58,777 nt of DNA, taken from the NCBI GenBank assembly GCA_046757525.1, contig JBHHYI010000004.1:1-58777 (forward strand), written 5' to 3'. This DNA comes from a bacterium. GTDB lineage: Bacteria; Zhuqueibacterota; Zhuqueibacteria; Oceanimicrobiales; Oceanimicrobiaceae. The notes under the pieces are model-generated. The model searched no databases. It was not told where the DNA came from and saw nothing but the letters and a program-made list of their open reading frames with translations. The position numbers and the translations under genes are program-made. The first letter of the stretch is position 1. Each line of letters begins with the position of its first letter. Of this stretch, positions 10,066 through 18,418 are shown piece by piece.

Positions 10066-11441
10066 GTTCTATTTCACGAAAAATTGTTAGATTTGCGCTC
10101 GGTCTTAAGTACGGCGACCTTCCCCACGAAGTGGTTGAAGCAGTAAAGCGCTTTGTTTACGATTCAATAGGCTGCGCGTTTGGCGGTTACACCACCGAGG
10201 ACGTGGACATCGTCCAAGGCATCTACTCAGAAATGGGCGGCAAGGCCGAGGCCAGCGTCATTGGCAGTGGTGCCAGGGTTCCCGCCTACAACGCTACGTT
10301 CTTGAACAGTCTGATGATTCGAGCGCTGGATTTCAACGATATTTATTGGAAACAAGACCCGAGTCACCCCAGCGATTTAATTCCGGTGGCTTTCGCGGTT
10401 GGGGAGAAGGCGGGAAAAAGCGCGCGGGAGGTTATCACCGCTATCGTTTTGGCGTACGAGTTTGAGTGCCGCCTGTGCGAATTTGCCGTGCCCGGGATTC
10501 GTGAAAGAAAGTGGCACCATGCCAGTCTCACCCAGTTTGTTTCTCCAATTGTCGCAGGTTATTTGCTCGATTTGAACGAAGACCAGTTGGTCAACGCCAT
10601 CGGCATTTCGGGTTCGCACAATCTCACGCTGGGTGCCGTTACCGCTGGCAAACTGACCAAGATGAAAAACACCGTGGACCCACTTGCGGCCCAAAGCGGC
10701 GTCATGGCGGCTTTGATGGCTGAAAAAGGTTACACAGGTACCGAGCAAATCTTCGAGGGGAAAGAAGGATTCATGCAAACACTTGGTCCTGGCTGGGATG
10801 AGGCAAAGCTCGTCGCCGGTCTCGGTGACCGGTTCAAGATTCTGGACTGTTCCATGAAAGCCTTTCCAACCGAAGCGCTGACGCATTCGCACATTTCAGC
10901 CACCCTGAAAGTCGTGAGTGAAAACGACATTCAACCCGAAGAGATCAAACAGGTCACGGTCACGACCATTGCGCGCGCAGTCGATATTCTCTTTGACCCG
11001 GAAAAGTACCGGCCGACTTCCAGAGAAACGGCCGATCACAGTCTGCCTTACTGTATTGCCGCGGCGATTGTCGACCGCAAAGTAACTACAGAACAATTCG
11101 AAGAGAAGCGGATTCACGATCCCAAAATCCAGAACGTGTTACCTAAAATAAAGGGGGAAGCCAGCGAAGCCTTTGAGAAAATGTTTCCGCAGAAACAGCC
11201 CTCCAGGGTGACCATTGCCACCAGGGACGGGCGAACATTTTCGTGCGAAGTGGACTATCCCAAGGGAGACCCGCGCGAGCCCATGACCGAGGAAGATCTG
11301 GACAATAAGTTCCAAAGCCTGACCTCGAATTTGATTTCCCGGGAGCGCCAGCGGCAAATCAAAGAAGCCATTTGGGAACTGGAATCCTTTGCAGAAATGG
11401 GTCAGTTCATGCAATTGCTCAAAGTGGACCAAAATGCCTGA
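10062..11441 (+). CDS. prpD: MmgE/PrpD family 2-methylcitrate dehydratase
   Basis: RALDFND, SHPSD, FEGKEG, RETADHSLPY, YPKGDP. Confidence 0.9.
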   Translation: MSSISRKIVRFALGLKYGDLPHEVVEAVKRFVYDSIGCAFGGYTTEDVDIVQGIYSEMGGKAEASVIGSGARVPAYNATFLNSLMIRALDFNDIYWKQDPSHPSDLIPVAFAVGEKAGKSAREVITAIVLAYEFECRLCEFAVPGIRERKWHHASLTQFVSPIVAGYLLDLNEDQLVNAIGISGSHNLTLGAVTAGKLTKMKNTVDPLAAQSGVMAALMAEKGYTGTEQIFEGKEGFMQTLGPGWDEAKLVAGLGDRFKILDCSMKAFPTEALTHSHISATLKVVSENDIQPEEIKQVTVTTIARAVDILFDPEKYRPTSRETADHSLPYCIAAAIVDRKVTTEQFEEKRIHDPKIQNVLPKIKGEASEAFEKMFPQKQPSRVTIATRDGRTFSCEVDYPKGDPREPMTEEDLDNKFQSLTSNLISRERQRQIKEAIWELESFAEMGQFMQLLKVDQNA

Positions 11442-12450
11442 GATCGCCAAGACTCGAAAAGCTGCGACTCGCAAAAAGCCAGGCAAAGTCAGCCTGTCCA
11501 AGAAGCAGCATTTGGAGTTGTATTATTTCATGCTTTTGAACCGGGCCCTGGACGACCGAATCAGTACCTTGTATCGGCAGGGCAAAATATTAGGCGGGGC
11601 TTTCGTGAGTCGGGGTCAGGAGGCGACTTCGGTGGGATCGGCGTATGCGCTCGAAGAAGGGGACGTCATCGGTCCAATGATCAGAAACTCCGGCGCAATC
11701 CTGGTTCGCGGAGTTTCTATCGGCGAATTCCTGGCCAATTACCTGGGCAAGAAAACTGGACCAACTCACGGGAAGGACGGAAATTCACATTTTGGCGATC
11801 TGCAACGAAGAATTTTTGCACCGGTGAGCATGTTGGGCGCTCTCATTCCGGTGTGTGCTGGCGCAGCCCTAACTTTCAAAATGAAAAAGCAGCCCAACGT
11901 GGCTCTGACCTGGATCGGCGATGGGGGCGCCAGTGTTGGGGATTTTCACGAAGGGTTGAACTTTGCCGCGGTGTTGCGCTTGCCTCTGGTCTTAATATTG
12001 GAAAACAACGGCTACGCCTATTCGACGCCGGTAAGGAAACAAGCGCTGGTGGAAGATTTCGCGGTCCGCGCCCGCAGCTACGGCATTCCAGGTGAAATCG
12101 TCGATGGCAACGATGTGCTGGCGGTGTACGAAGTAACCAAACGGGCCGTGGCAAGAGCGAGAAGGGGAGAGGGCCCTACGCTCATCGAGGCCAAAACCTT
12201 TCGCATGAAAGGACATGCCGAACACGACGACGCCTTTTATGTTCCCAAGGACCTGTTCGAATACTGGCAAAAACGCGACCCCATCGAGAATTTTGAAAAA
12301 TACTTAAAAAAGTCACGGTTGGCCACAGCGGCTGAGCTGACCAGGATTCAAAATCAGGTGGCGAAGGAAATCGACACAGCGCAAAAATTCGCCGAAGAAA
12401 GCCCCTTACCGCAACCTGGCGAGGCTGAACAGGGCGTTTACGCGGAGTGA
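11434..12450 (+). CDS. 2-oxoacid dehydrogenase E1 alpha subunit (branched-chain/pyruvate type)
   Basis: LYRQGKI, GQEA, TPP motif GDG...ENN, RMKGHAEHD; start taken at ATG 11434. Confidence 0.93.
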   Translation: MPEIAKTRKAATRKKPGKVSLSKKQHLELYYFMLLNRALDDRISTLYRQGKILGGAFVSRGQEATSVGSAYALEEGDVIGPMIRNSGAILVRGVSIGEFLANYLGKKTGPTHGKDGNSHFGDLQRRIFAPVSMLGALIPVCAGAALTFKMKKQPNVALTWIGDGGASVGDFHEGLNFAAVLRLPLVLILENNGYAYSTPVRKQALVEDFAVRARSYGIPGEIVDGNDVLAVYEVTKRAVARARRGEGPTLIEAKTFRMKGHAEHDDAFYVPKDLFEYWQKRDPIENFEKYLKKSRLATAAELTRIQNQVAKEIDTAQKFAEESPLPQPGEAEQGVYAE

Positions 12451-12520
12451 AATTGCCGAACGTTTAACCGGATGCATAAGTGTTGCAATGGAGTTGGGAA
12501 AGCCGTACATTCGTATGTTC

Positions 12521-12612
12521 TAAGAATTCTGCGCAAATGAGTCATGTGACCTACATTGAAGCCATTTTACAGGGGCTTCGCGAAGAAATGCAACGAGACA
12601 GCCCGGTGTTCT
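12521..12612 (+). pseudogene. Truncated duplicate of the E1 beta 5' end (direct repeat copy 1)
   Basis: 84/92 nt identical by manual alignment to 14729-14820; MSHVTYIEAILQGLREEMQRDSPVF vs MSYMTYIEAISQGLREEMQRDSTVF. Confidence 0.9.
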
Positions 12613-12719
12613 CAGCCGACGCGCTTGCCGTGTGTAATTTCTGGCTTTCGGGAGATGCGGTACATTACCTCATTTTCGATGTTGGCTGTTGAGCGCGCGG
12701 CTGAATGCCGTAGTTATGT
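12612..12719 (+). mobile_element. Integron attC site, left end (R'') truncated
   Basis: tcagccgAcgcgct pairs with agcgcgcggctga leaving one extra base; followed by spacer and core GTTATGT at 12713-12719. Confidence 0.65.
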
Positions 12720-12970
12720 GTAATCACCTCATTCACAAAACAGTGCTGAATGGCAAATATCGAAAACGAATCCCAGCTCTAAAAATTCCATTGCCCCTTG
12801 TGAAGAACAAGTCTAAGACAGAGAAGCACGTCGGGAAAATGGTAGAAAAGATACACTCCAGCTCAGGAGAAAGAATTCACTTGAAGTCCCGTTTTCACAC
12901 CTTGATGAACCAACTGTTGACGGCAAAGAATCTGGCAAATGGGGTTGAAACTGGGCGGCGACGATTTTAG
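12720..12970 (+). pseudogene. Probable C-terminal remnant of a type I R-M specificity subunit (HsdS)
   Basis: LKIPLP...KI...LKSRFHTLMNQLLTAK resembles the conserved HsdS C-terminal helix region; no credible start. Confidence 0.5.
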
Positions 12971-13002
12971 AGAGGATGAAGTAGCTAGTAGACAAAAAAG
13001 AT

Positions 13003-13824
13003 ATGCACGAACAAAACAGGCCAAATAGGTTTGAAGATCGTTTTCGGCTATATGTAGATGAATCAGGAGACCACGTGTTTCGAGATGTCTATGAGGTTCC
13101 ACATCGTTTTTTGTGTTTGCTCGGCTGTTGGTTTCAAAACCCTGCCTATTTGTCCTTTCATGATGCTCTGGAAGCGGTGAAGAGGAAACATCTCCCTTAT
13201 CACCCGGATGACCCGGTTGTGCTTCACCGGGAGGATATGACGAATGCAAGAGGACCGTTCAAGAATTTTCGTGATAAGAAGCAGCGGAAGGCATGGGATA
13301 CTGATTTGTTAAAAGTAATCCAAGAGGCCGACTATCGCGTCGTGGCAGTCGTGATTGATAAGCAAGCATTGCGCGCCTCTTATGGGGACGCTGTAGCGCA
13401 TCCATATCATCTTGGCTTAGGCTTTCTTTTGCAGCGTTTCGCAGGCTACTTGAACCATATTAACCGGATGGGTGATGTTATGGCTGAATCAAGAGGAGGT
13501 GTTGAAGATCGGTTGCTTAAGGAATCTTACAATCGAGTTTTTCAGCACGGTGTTTGGGCCACAGATGCTCACTACTTTCAATCTGCGCTAACATCCAAAG
13601 AACTGAAGTTGAATCAAAAAAAAGCTAATATCGCTGGGTTGCAATTGTCAGATCTACTCGGCCATCCGGTCAAACAATGGGTTTTAAGGCAGAATAATCT
13701 CATCAAAAAAGATCTGGCACCCTTTGCAAAGCGGTTAATGTCAATCGTCAAAAATAAATTCAATCGCCAACTCTATGAAAATAGAATTGAGGGGTATGGT
13801 TGGGTAATTTATCCCAAAAAATAA
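13003..13824 (+). CDS. DUF3800 domain protein
   Basis: 273 aa; N-terminal LYVDESGD, LH, central MAESRG, C-terminal GLQLSDL. Confidence 0.85.
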   Translation: MHEQNRPNRFEDRFRLYVDESGDHVFRDVYEVPHRFLCLLGCWFQNPAYLSFHDALEAVKRKHLPYHPDDPVVLHREDMTNARGPFKNFRDKKQRKAWDTDLLKVIQEADYRVVAVVIDKQALRASYGDAVAHPYHLGLGFLLQRFAGYLNHINRMGDVMAESRGGVEDRLLKESYNRVFQHGVWATDAHYFQSALTSKELKLNQKKANIAGLQLSDLLGHPVKQWVLRQNNLIKKDLAPFAKRLMSIVKNKFNRQLYENRIEGYGWVIYPKK

Positions 13825-13889
13825 GGGCGCCTCTTTGAAGACGCCCTTACGCTCGCCCCTGCGGGCGATCCACCTCCGCTAAGCGGATT
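13815..13889 (-). ncRNA. DUF3800-associated small structured RNA (candidate), convergent with the DUF3800 gene
   Basis: Minus strand reads tccgc-tta-gcgga, tcgccc-gcag-gggcga, aagggcgtctt-caaa-gaggcgccctt, then an A and a U tract. G-U pairs form only on the minus strand; promoter lies directly upstream. Confidence 0.7.
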
Positions 13890-13894
13890 AATAA

Positions 13895-13924
13895 AATATA
13901 CGTATATTGCACACATATTGTCAA
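13895..13924 (-). promoter_or_regulatory. sigma70-type promoter for the DUF3800-associated RNA
   Basis: Minus strand TTGACA (13924-13919), 18-nt spacer, TATATT (13900-13895). Confidence 0.7.
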
Positions 13925-13950
13925 TAAGTTTTTTCGAGTTTTCTTTAAAA

Positions 13951-13995
13951 ATGCCAAAATCCGGTGAACACAAAACCGTACACGCCCAAAACTGA
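13951..13995 (+). pseudogene. Probable N-terminal remnant of a type I restriction subunit (HsdR)
   Basis: MPKSGEHKTVHAQN* resembles the MPxPGEHKTVQARI N-terminus I recall for an HsdR subfamily; only 14 aa. Confidence 0.45.
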
Positions 13996-14004
13996 AGAAA
14001 GGGC

Positions 14005-14136
14005 ACATAACAAACGCATCAACTCGGACGCTGCCGAAGGGGCGTAAATTCAGAGTTCGGTGCATTTTTGAAGTACTTCATTTGTTGAAAGTAAAACGCA
14101 TTAAACGGCAGCGCCGGTTATGCGAAAAAGTTAACT
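14005..14136 (+). mobile_element. Integron attC site (complete, about 132 bp)
   Basis: R'' ACATAAC (14005-14011); cgcatCaacTcggAcgctgccg pairs with cggcagcgccggttatgcg leaving three extra bases; R' GTTAACT (14130-14136). Confidence 0.8.
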
Positions 14137-14259
14137 GGCTGTCGCGTATCAGTCATAACTTAGTTGTATCATAAATGGAGAAAATCGTGTAGATGCAGCG
14201 TTAAGATAAAAGTTTGCCGCCTTAACAATATTGCACATAAAAGCTTGGAGTAAGAAATC

Positions 14260-14559
14260 ATGCACCAGAAGTTCCAAATATCCGAGACATATCAAAAAGA
14301 TATTCATCGAGCTATAGAAATCGTTAAAGAGGCTGGATGTAGTGAGATCTTTCTTTTCGGTTCGCTTGTCAGCGGAGAAGTTGGAGATAAATCGGATATT
14401 GATTTGGCTATTCGAGGTTGTCCTCAAGGAAAATTTTTTCATCTTTTAGGTAAGCTTTTGCTGGAGTTAGATTATCCAGTGGATTTAGTGAATTTAGACC
14501 GTCAAAATGCTTTTGCACAGTATTTAGAAAAAGCAGGAGAACTGATTCCAATTGATTGA
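14260..14559 (+). CDS. Minimal nucleotidyltransferase (MNT/MntA-type antitoxin family)
   Basis: 99 aa; LFGSLVSG...SDIDLAI...VDLV. Confidence 0.88.
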   Translation: MHQKFQISETYQKDIHRAIEIVKEAGCSEIFLFGSLVSGEVGDKSDIDLAIRGCPQGKFFHLLGKLLLELDYPVDLVNLDRQNAFAQYLEKAGELIPID

Positions 14560-14728
14560 GAAAATTATTTCTCAGGTAACATTGCGACCCTTCAAATGTC
14601 AATCGCGTTTCGCCCGTTTTTTCGAGGACGAAGCAATGCACCGCATTCAGTCTGAGCGGGCTTTACAAGAGTCGACTGCTCAAAACCGCTGAACGAGCAG
14701 GGCAGACGGCATCGAACTTCGAACCTTT

Positions 14729-14820
14729 TAAGAGTTCTGCGTAAATGAGTTATATGACCTACATAGAAGCCATTTCACAGGGGCTTCGCGAAGAAATGCA
14801 ACGGGACAGCACGGTGTTCT
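14729..14820 (+). repeat. Direct repeat copy 2 (includes the start of intact E1 beta)
   Basis: Offset 2208 bp from 12521-12612, 8 mismatches in 92 nt. Confidence 0.9.
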
Positions 14821-15719
14821 GTCTGGGCGAAGATATCGGTGAGTATGGCGGCGCTTTTAAAGTGACCAAGGGCTTCCTCAAGGAATTCGGCGAGGAACGG
14901 GTCATCGATACCATTTTAGCCGAATCGGCCATCGTCGGCGTGTCTATCGGCGCGGCCATGATGGGCCTGCGGCCGGTAGCTGAGATGCAGTTTGCGGACT
15001 TTGTTTCCTGCGGGTGGAACCAGATCGTAAACATGGCGGCCAAGTCGCATTATCGCTGGGGTGCGGCGGTGCCCCTGGTCATTCGGCTTCCTTCTGGTGG
15101 CGGACTGCATGCCGGACCGTTTCACTCCCAGAATCCGGAAGCCTGGTTTTTCCATGTGCCGGGTCTCAAGTTGGTGGCCCCGGCCACGCCCTACGACGCC
15201 AAAGGTCTCATTAAAGCTGCCATCCGGGACAACAATCCCGTGTTGTATTTTGAGCACAAATACCTTTACCGGCACATTAAGGGCGAAATCCCGGACGAGG
15301 ATTATCTGGTGCCCATCGGTGAGGCAAAGGTGCGGCGTTCGGGAACGGATGTTTCGGTTGTCACTTATGGCTCGATGGTACACCGATCTCTTGAAGCCGC
15401 AGAAAATTTGGCCAGCGAAGGCATGCAGGTCGAGGTCGTCGATTTGCGTACCTTGCTGCCTTTAGACAAGCAGACCATTCTGGACTCTGTGAAGAAAACC
15501 AATAGAGTCTTGATCGTGCATGAGGCCACCCTGACCGGCGGTGTCGGGGCTGAAATAGCCGCGCTGATTTCCAGTGAGGCGTTTGAATACCTGGACGCTC
15601 CGGTCAGGCGGGTAGCGTCAATCGACACCCCGGTCCCTTACAGTCCACCCTTAGAGGAGCATTTCATGCCAAATAGCGAAAAAATAAAGAAAGCGATTAA
15701 AGAATTGGTGAATTATTGA
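14745..15719 (+). CDS. 2-oxoacid dehydrogenase E1 beta subunit
   Basis: GEDIGEYGGAFKVT, AEMQFADF, HSQ, FEHK, VDLRTL, LDAP. Confidence 0.95.
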   Translation: MSYMTYIEAISQGLREEMQRDSTVFCLGEDIGEYGGAFKVTKGFLKEFGEERVIDTILAESAIVGVSIGAAMMGLRPVAEMQFADFVSCGWNQIVNMAAKSHYRWGAAVPLVIRLPSGGGLHAGPFHSQNPEAWFFHVPGLKLVAPATPYDAKGLIKAAIRDNNPVLYFEHKYLYRHIKGEIPDEDYLVPIGEAKVRRSGTDVSVVTYGSMVHRSLEAAENLASEGMQVEVVDLRTLLPLDKQTILDSVKKTNRVLIVHEATLTGGVGAEIAALISSEAFEYLDAPVRRVASIDTPVPYSPPLEEHFMPNSEKIKKAIKELVNY

Positions 15720-15721
15720 CC

Positions 15722-16075
15722 ATGAACGAACTCATCGCCATACTCGTCATGTTTACCGGGGCCGGCGTGGTCGTGCTGGCCTTGCTGGGATTGTCAGAAT
15801 GGCTCGGCCCCAAGAAACGCAATCCAGTGAAAGACCAAACGTTTGAATGCGGTAACCTTCCCGTTTCTTTGCCGGGGGACCGATTCTCAGTGAAGTTTTA
15901 CACGGTCGCGATCTTGTTCGTCTTGTTTGACATCGAAATCATCTTCCTATTTCCCTGGGCCGTCGTGTTTAGAAGCCTGGGATTCACCGGGTTGATTTCC
16001 ATGACCTTATTCATCGGCGTGTTAGTCCTCGGACTCATTTACGCCTGGAAAAGAGGAGCCTTACAATGGGATTGA
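15722..16075 (+). CDS. nuoA: NADH-quinone oxidoreductase subunit A
   Basis: FECG, FVLFDIEIIFLFPWA, WKRGALQWD; start ATG 15722 or TTG 15716. Confidence 0.95.
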   Translation: MNELIAILVMFTGAGVVVLALLGLSEWLGPKKRNPVKDQTFECGNLPVSLPGDRFSVKFYTVAILFVLFDIEIIFLFPWAVVFRSLGFTGLISMTLFIGVLVLGLIYAWKRGALQWD

Positions 16076-16542
16076 GGAGTTTATTTGGGGATAATAACTA
16101 CATGACCACCAAGCTTGACCAGGCGGTTGGCTGGGCAAGAAAATATTCGTTGTTCCCGTACCCGTTTGTGACCGCCTGCTGTGGCATGGAGTACATGTCG
16201 GTCTCATCGCCCCATTACGACCTGGACCGCTTTGGCGCAGCATTCCCGCGTTTTTCCCCGCGCCAGGCGGACATGCTGCTGTGCGTCGGCACAGTCAGTC
16301 AAAAAATCGCGCCGGTGTTGCGGCGAGTCTACGATCAGATGTGCGATCCCAAATACGTAGTGGCGTTTGGCGTTTGCACTTGTACCGGCGGCTTTTACGA
16401 CGACTACTCCACCGTCATTGGCATCGACACCATCGTTCCCGTAGATGTTTACATTCCCGGCTGTCCCCCAAGGCCGGAGACGGTACTGCAAGGCATCATG
16501 CTGTTGCAAGACAAGATTCAGAACCAGAAACAAGAATTCTGA
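16066..16542 (+). CDS. nuoB: NADH-quinone oxidoreductase subunit B
   Basis: TACCGME, SPRQAD, GVCTCTGG, IPGCPPRPE. Confidence 0.95.
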   Translation: MGLRSLFGDNNYMTTKLDQAVGWARKYSLFPYPFVTACCGMEYMSVSSPHYDLDRFGAAFPRFSPRQADMLLCVGTVSQKIAPVLRRVYDQMCDPKYVVAFGVCTCTGGFYDDYSTVIGIDTIVPVDVYIPGCPPRPETVLQGIMLLQDKIQNQKQEF

Positions 16543-16543
16543 A

Positions 16544-18418
16544 ATGACGAACTTGACTTTTAAGAAACTGCGAGAAAACTTTTCCGATTTCCTGCAGGAA
16601 TGCTACACTTATCGCGGCGACGCCATTGCGGTTGTGGACAAAACAGCGATTTTTGAGGTCTGCCAATTCCTGAGGGATGATCCACAGCTATCCTACGACC
16701 TGTTGGTCGATCTGGCCGGGGTGGACTATTTAGGTCGAGACCCAAGATTCGAGGTCGTTTACCATTTGCACTCGTTTGCTGACAACAAACGCCTGAGAAT
16801 CAAGGTGCCTGTCGATGAGAGAGATCCGCAGGTGCAAACGGTTTCGCCGTTGTGGTCGGTGGCAAACTGGTTCGAACGCGAGGTCTGGGATATGTTTGGT
16901 ATCCGCTTCAAAGGGCACCCGGATTTGCGTCGCATTTTAATGTACGATGAATTCAAAGGCCATCCCTTGCGCAAGGACTACCCAATAACCAAAAGACAGC
17001 CTCTGGTAGGACCGCAACAAACCAAAGAGCGCCTTATCACGCCAACGGTTGACCTGACCCGCAAGGCCATGGACGAATACGTTTCCGAGGAAAATGGCCT
17101 CAAGGTAAAACACATGTTTCTAAACATGGGGCCATCTCATCCGGCCATGCACGGTGTGGTGCGCATCGTTCTGGAGCTCGACGGGGAACGAGTGCTGAAC
17201 TCCGATATCGATATTGGATTTCTGCACCGGGCGTTTGAGAAACATTCTGAAAATATTTACTACAACGGCGTCTTCCCCTACACAGACCGGCTGAATTACG
17301 TTTCGCCCCTGATTAACAACGTTGGCTATGCCTTGACGGTGGAAAAATTGCTTGGGATTGAAGTCACGGAACGCTGTAAATATATTCGCGTGATAATGAG
17401 CGAAATTTCCAGGATCGCGGATCACCTCACCTGTATCGGTGCGATGGCGATGGAGTTGGGCGCCATGACCGCTTTCTTGTACTTCATGAAGGCGCGAGAA
17501 GCCATGTATTCGCTGATCGAAGAGGTAACCGGCGCCCGGATCACCATTTCATACGTGCGCGTCGGCGGTGTCAAGGCCGACCTACCTGAAGGATTTGAGC
17601 AACGTGTGAAAAAGCAATTGGCAGAAGTGCGTAAGGAGATCAAAGAAGTGCACAAATTGCTGACCCGCAACCGGATATTTGTCGACCGGGTGCAGAATGT
17701 GGCAGCCGTTTCTAAGGAAGAGGCCATCTCCTATAGTTTCACCGGGCCTTTGCTGAGAGCCTGCGGCGTGGAATACGATGTTCGAAAAAACTTTCCATAT
17801 TCAGTCTACGACCAATTGGATTTTGACATTCCCTGTGGCGAGAATGGTGATATCTACGATCGCTATTTGGTTCGAATGGAAGAAATGGAGCAAAGCGCCC
17901 ACATCATCGAGCAAGCTCTGGCTAAAATGCCCAGGGGCAATCTCATGGTGGATTTCGATGGCAAAGAAATCCCGGCAGAGAAGATGGCAGACCTGGGCAA
18001 GTTTGGCCAGACCAAAGACTTGTTGCACCAGGTGGCCGTCACCGACCCAACCTTGTTGGGAAGCAACCAGCCTTTTCACAATGATGTCTATGCTTCCGAC
18101 AAACGGGTGACTCTGCCGGCCAAGGAGCAGGTTTACGGCAGCATCGAAGGTTTAATGAATCACTTTATGTTGATTATGGAAGGCTACGGAATACGACCCC
18201 CGCGAGGCGAGGCTTATCATGCCGTTGAGGGCGCCAACGGGGAATTAGGCTTTTATGTCGTCAGCGACGGAAGTGACCGGGCCTACCGCGTGCGAGTGCG
18301 ACCGCCCTGTTTTCCACTGGTGGCCGGCTTTAGCAAGATGATCGAAGGCTGTCAAGTGGCTGACATTATTCCGGCGTTTGGGTCTATCAACATGATTGCA
18401 GGAGAATTGGATCGTTGA
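16544..18418 (+). CDS. nuoCD: Fused NADH-quinone oxidoreductase subunit C/D
   Basis: NuoC motifs EREVWDMFG and GHPLRKDYP, then NuoD motifs NMGPSHPAMHG, DRLNY, GELDR; start taken at ATG 16544. Confidence 0.95.
   Translation: MTNLTFKKLRENFSDFLQECYTYRGDAIAVVDKTAIFEVCQFLRDDPQLSYDLLVDLAGVDYLGRDPRFEVVYHLHSFADNKRLRIKVPVDERDPQVQTVSPLWSVANWFEREVWDMFGIRFKGHPDLRRILMYDEFKGHPLRKDYPITKRQPLVGPQQTKERLITPTVDLTRKAMDEYVSEENGLKVKHMFLNMGPSHPAMHGVVRIVLELDGERVLNSDIDIGFLHRAFEKHSENIYYNGVFPYTDRLNYVSPLINNVGYALTVEKLLGIEVTERCKYIRVIMSEISRIADHLTCIGAMAMELGAMTAFLYFMKAREAMYSLIEEVTGARITISYVRVGGVKADLPEGFEQRVKKQLAEVRKEIKEVHKLLTRNRIFVDRVQNVAAVSKEEAISYSFTGPLLRACGVEYDVRKNFPYSVYDQLDFDIPCGENGDIYDRYLVRMEEMEQSAHIIEQALAKMPRGNLMVDFDGKEIPAEKMADLGKFGQTKDLLHQVAVTDPTLLGSNQPFHNDVYASDKRVTLPAKEQVYGSIEGLMNHFMLIMEGYGIRPPRGEAYHAVEGANGELGFYVVSDGSDRAYRVRVRPPCFPLVAGFSKMIEGCQVADIIPAFGSINMIAGELDR

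Noticed and set aside
12455-12520. GCCGAAC after the E1 alpha stop as a possible attC R'' box
   Set aside because: No matching L boxes or R' with correct spacing
12480-12692. 70-aa ORF
   Set aside because: Chimera of the duplicated E1 beta start and attC sequence; reported as a pseudogene fragment instead
13815-13889. tRNA gene call for the DUF3800-associated RNA
   Set aside because: No acceptor stem, TTCG T loop or canonical anticodon arm
14573-14728. Third complete attC after the MNT gene
   Set aside because: Hairpins are present but L''/L' pairing and a GTTRRRY end could not be placed convincingly
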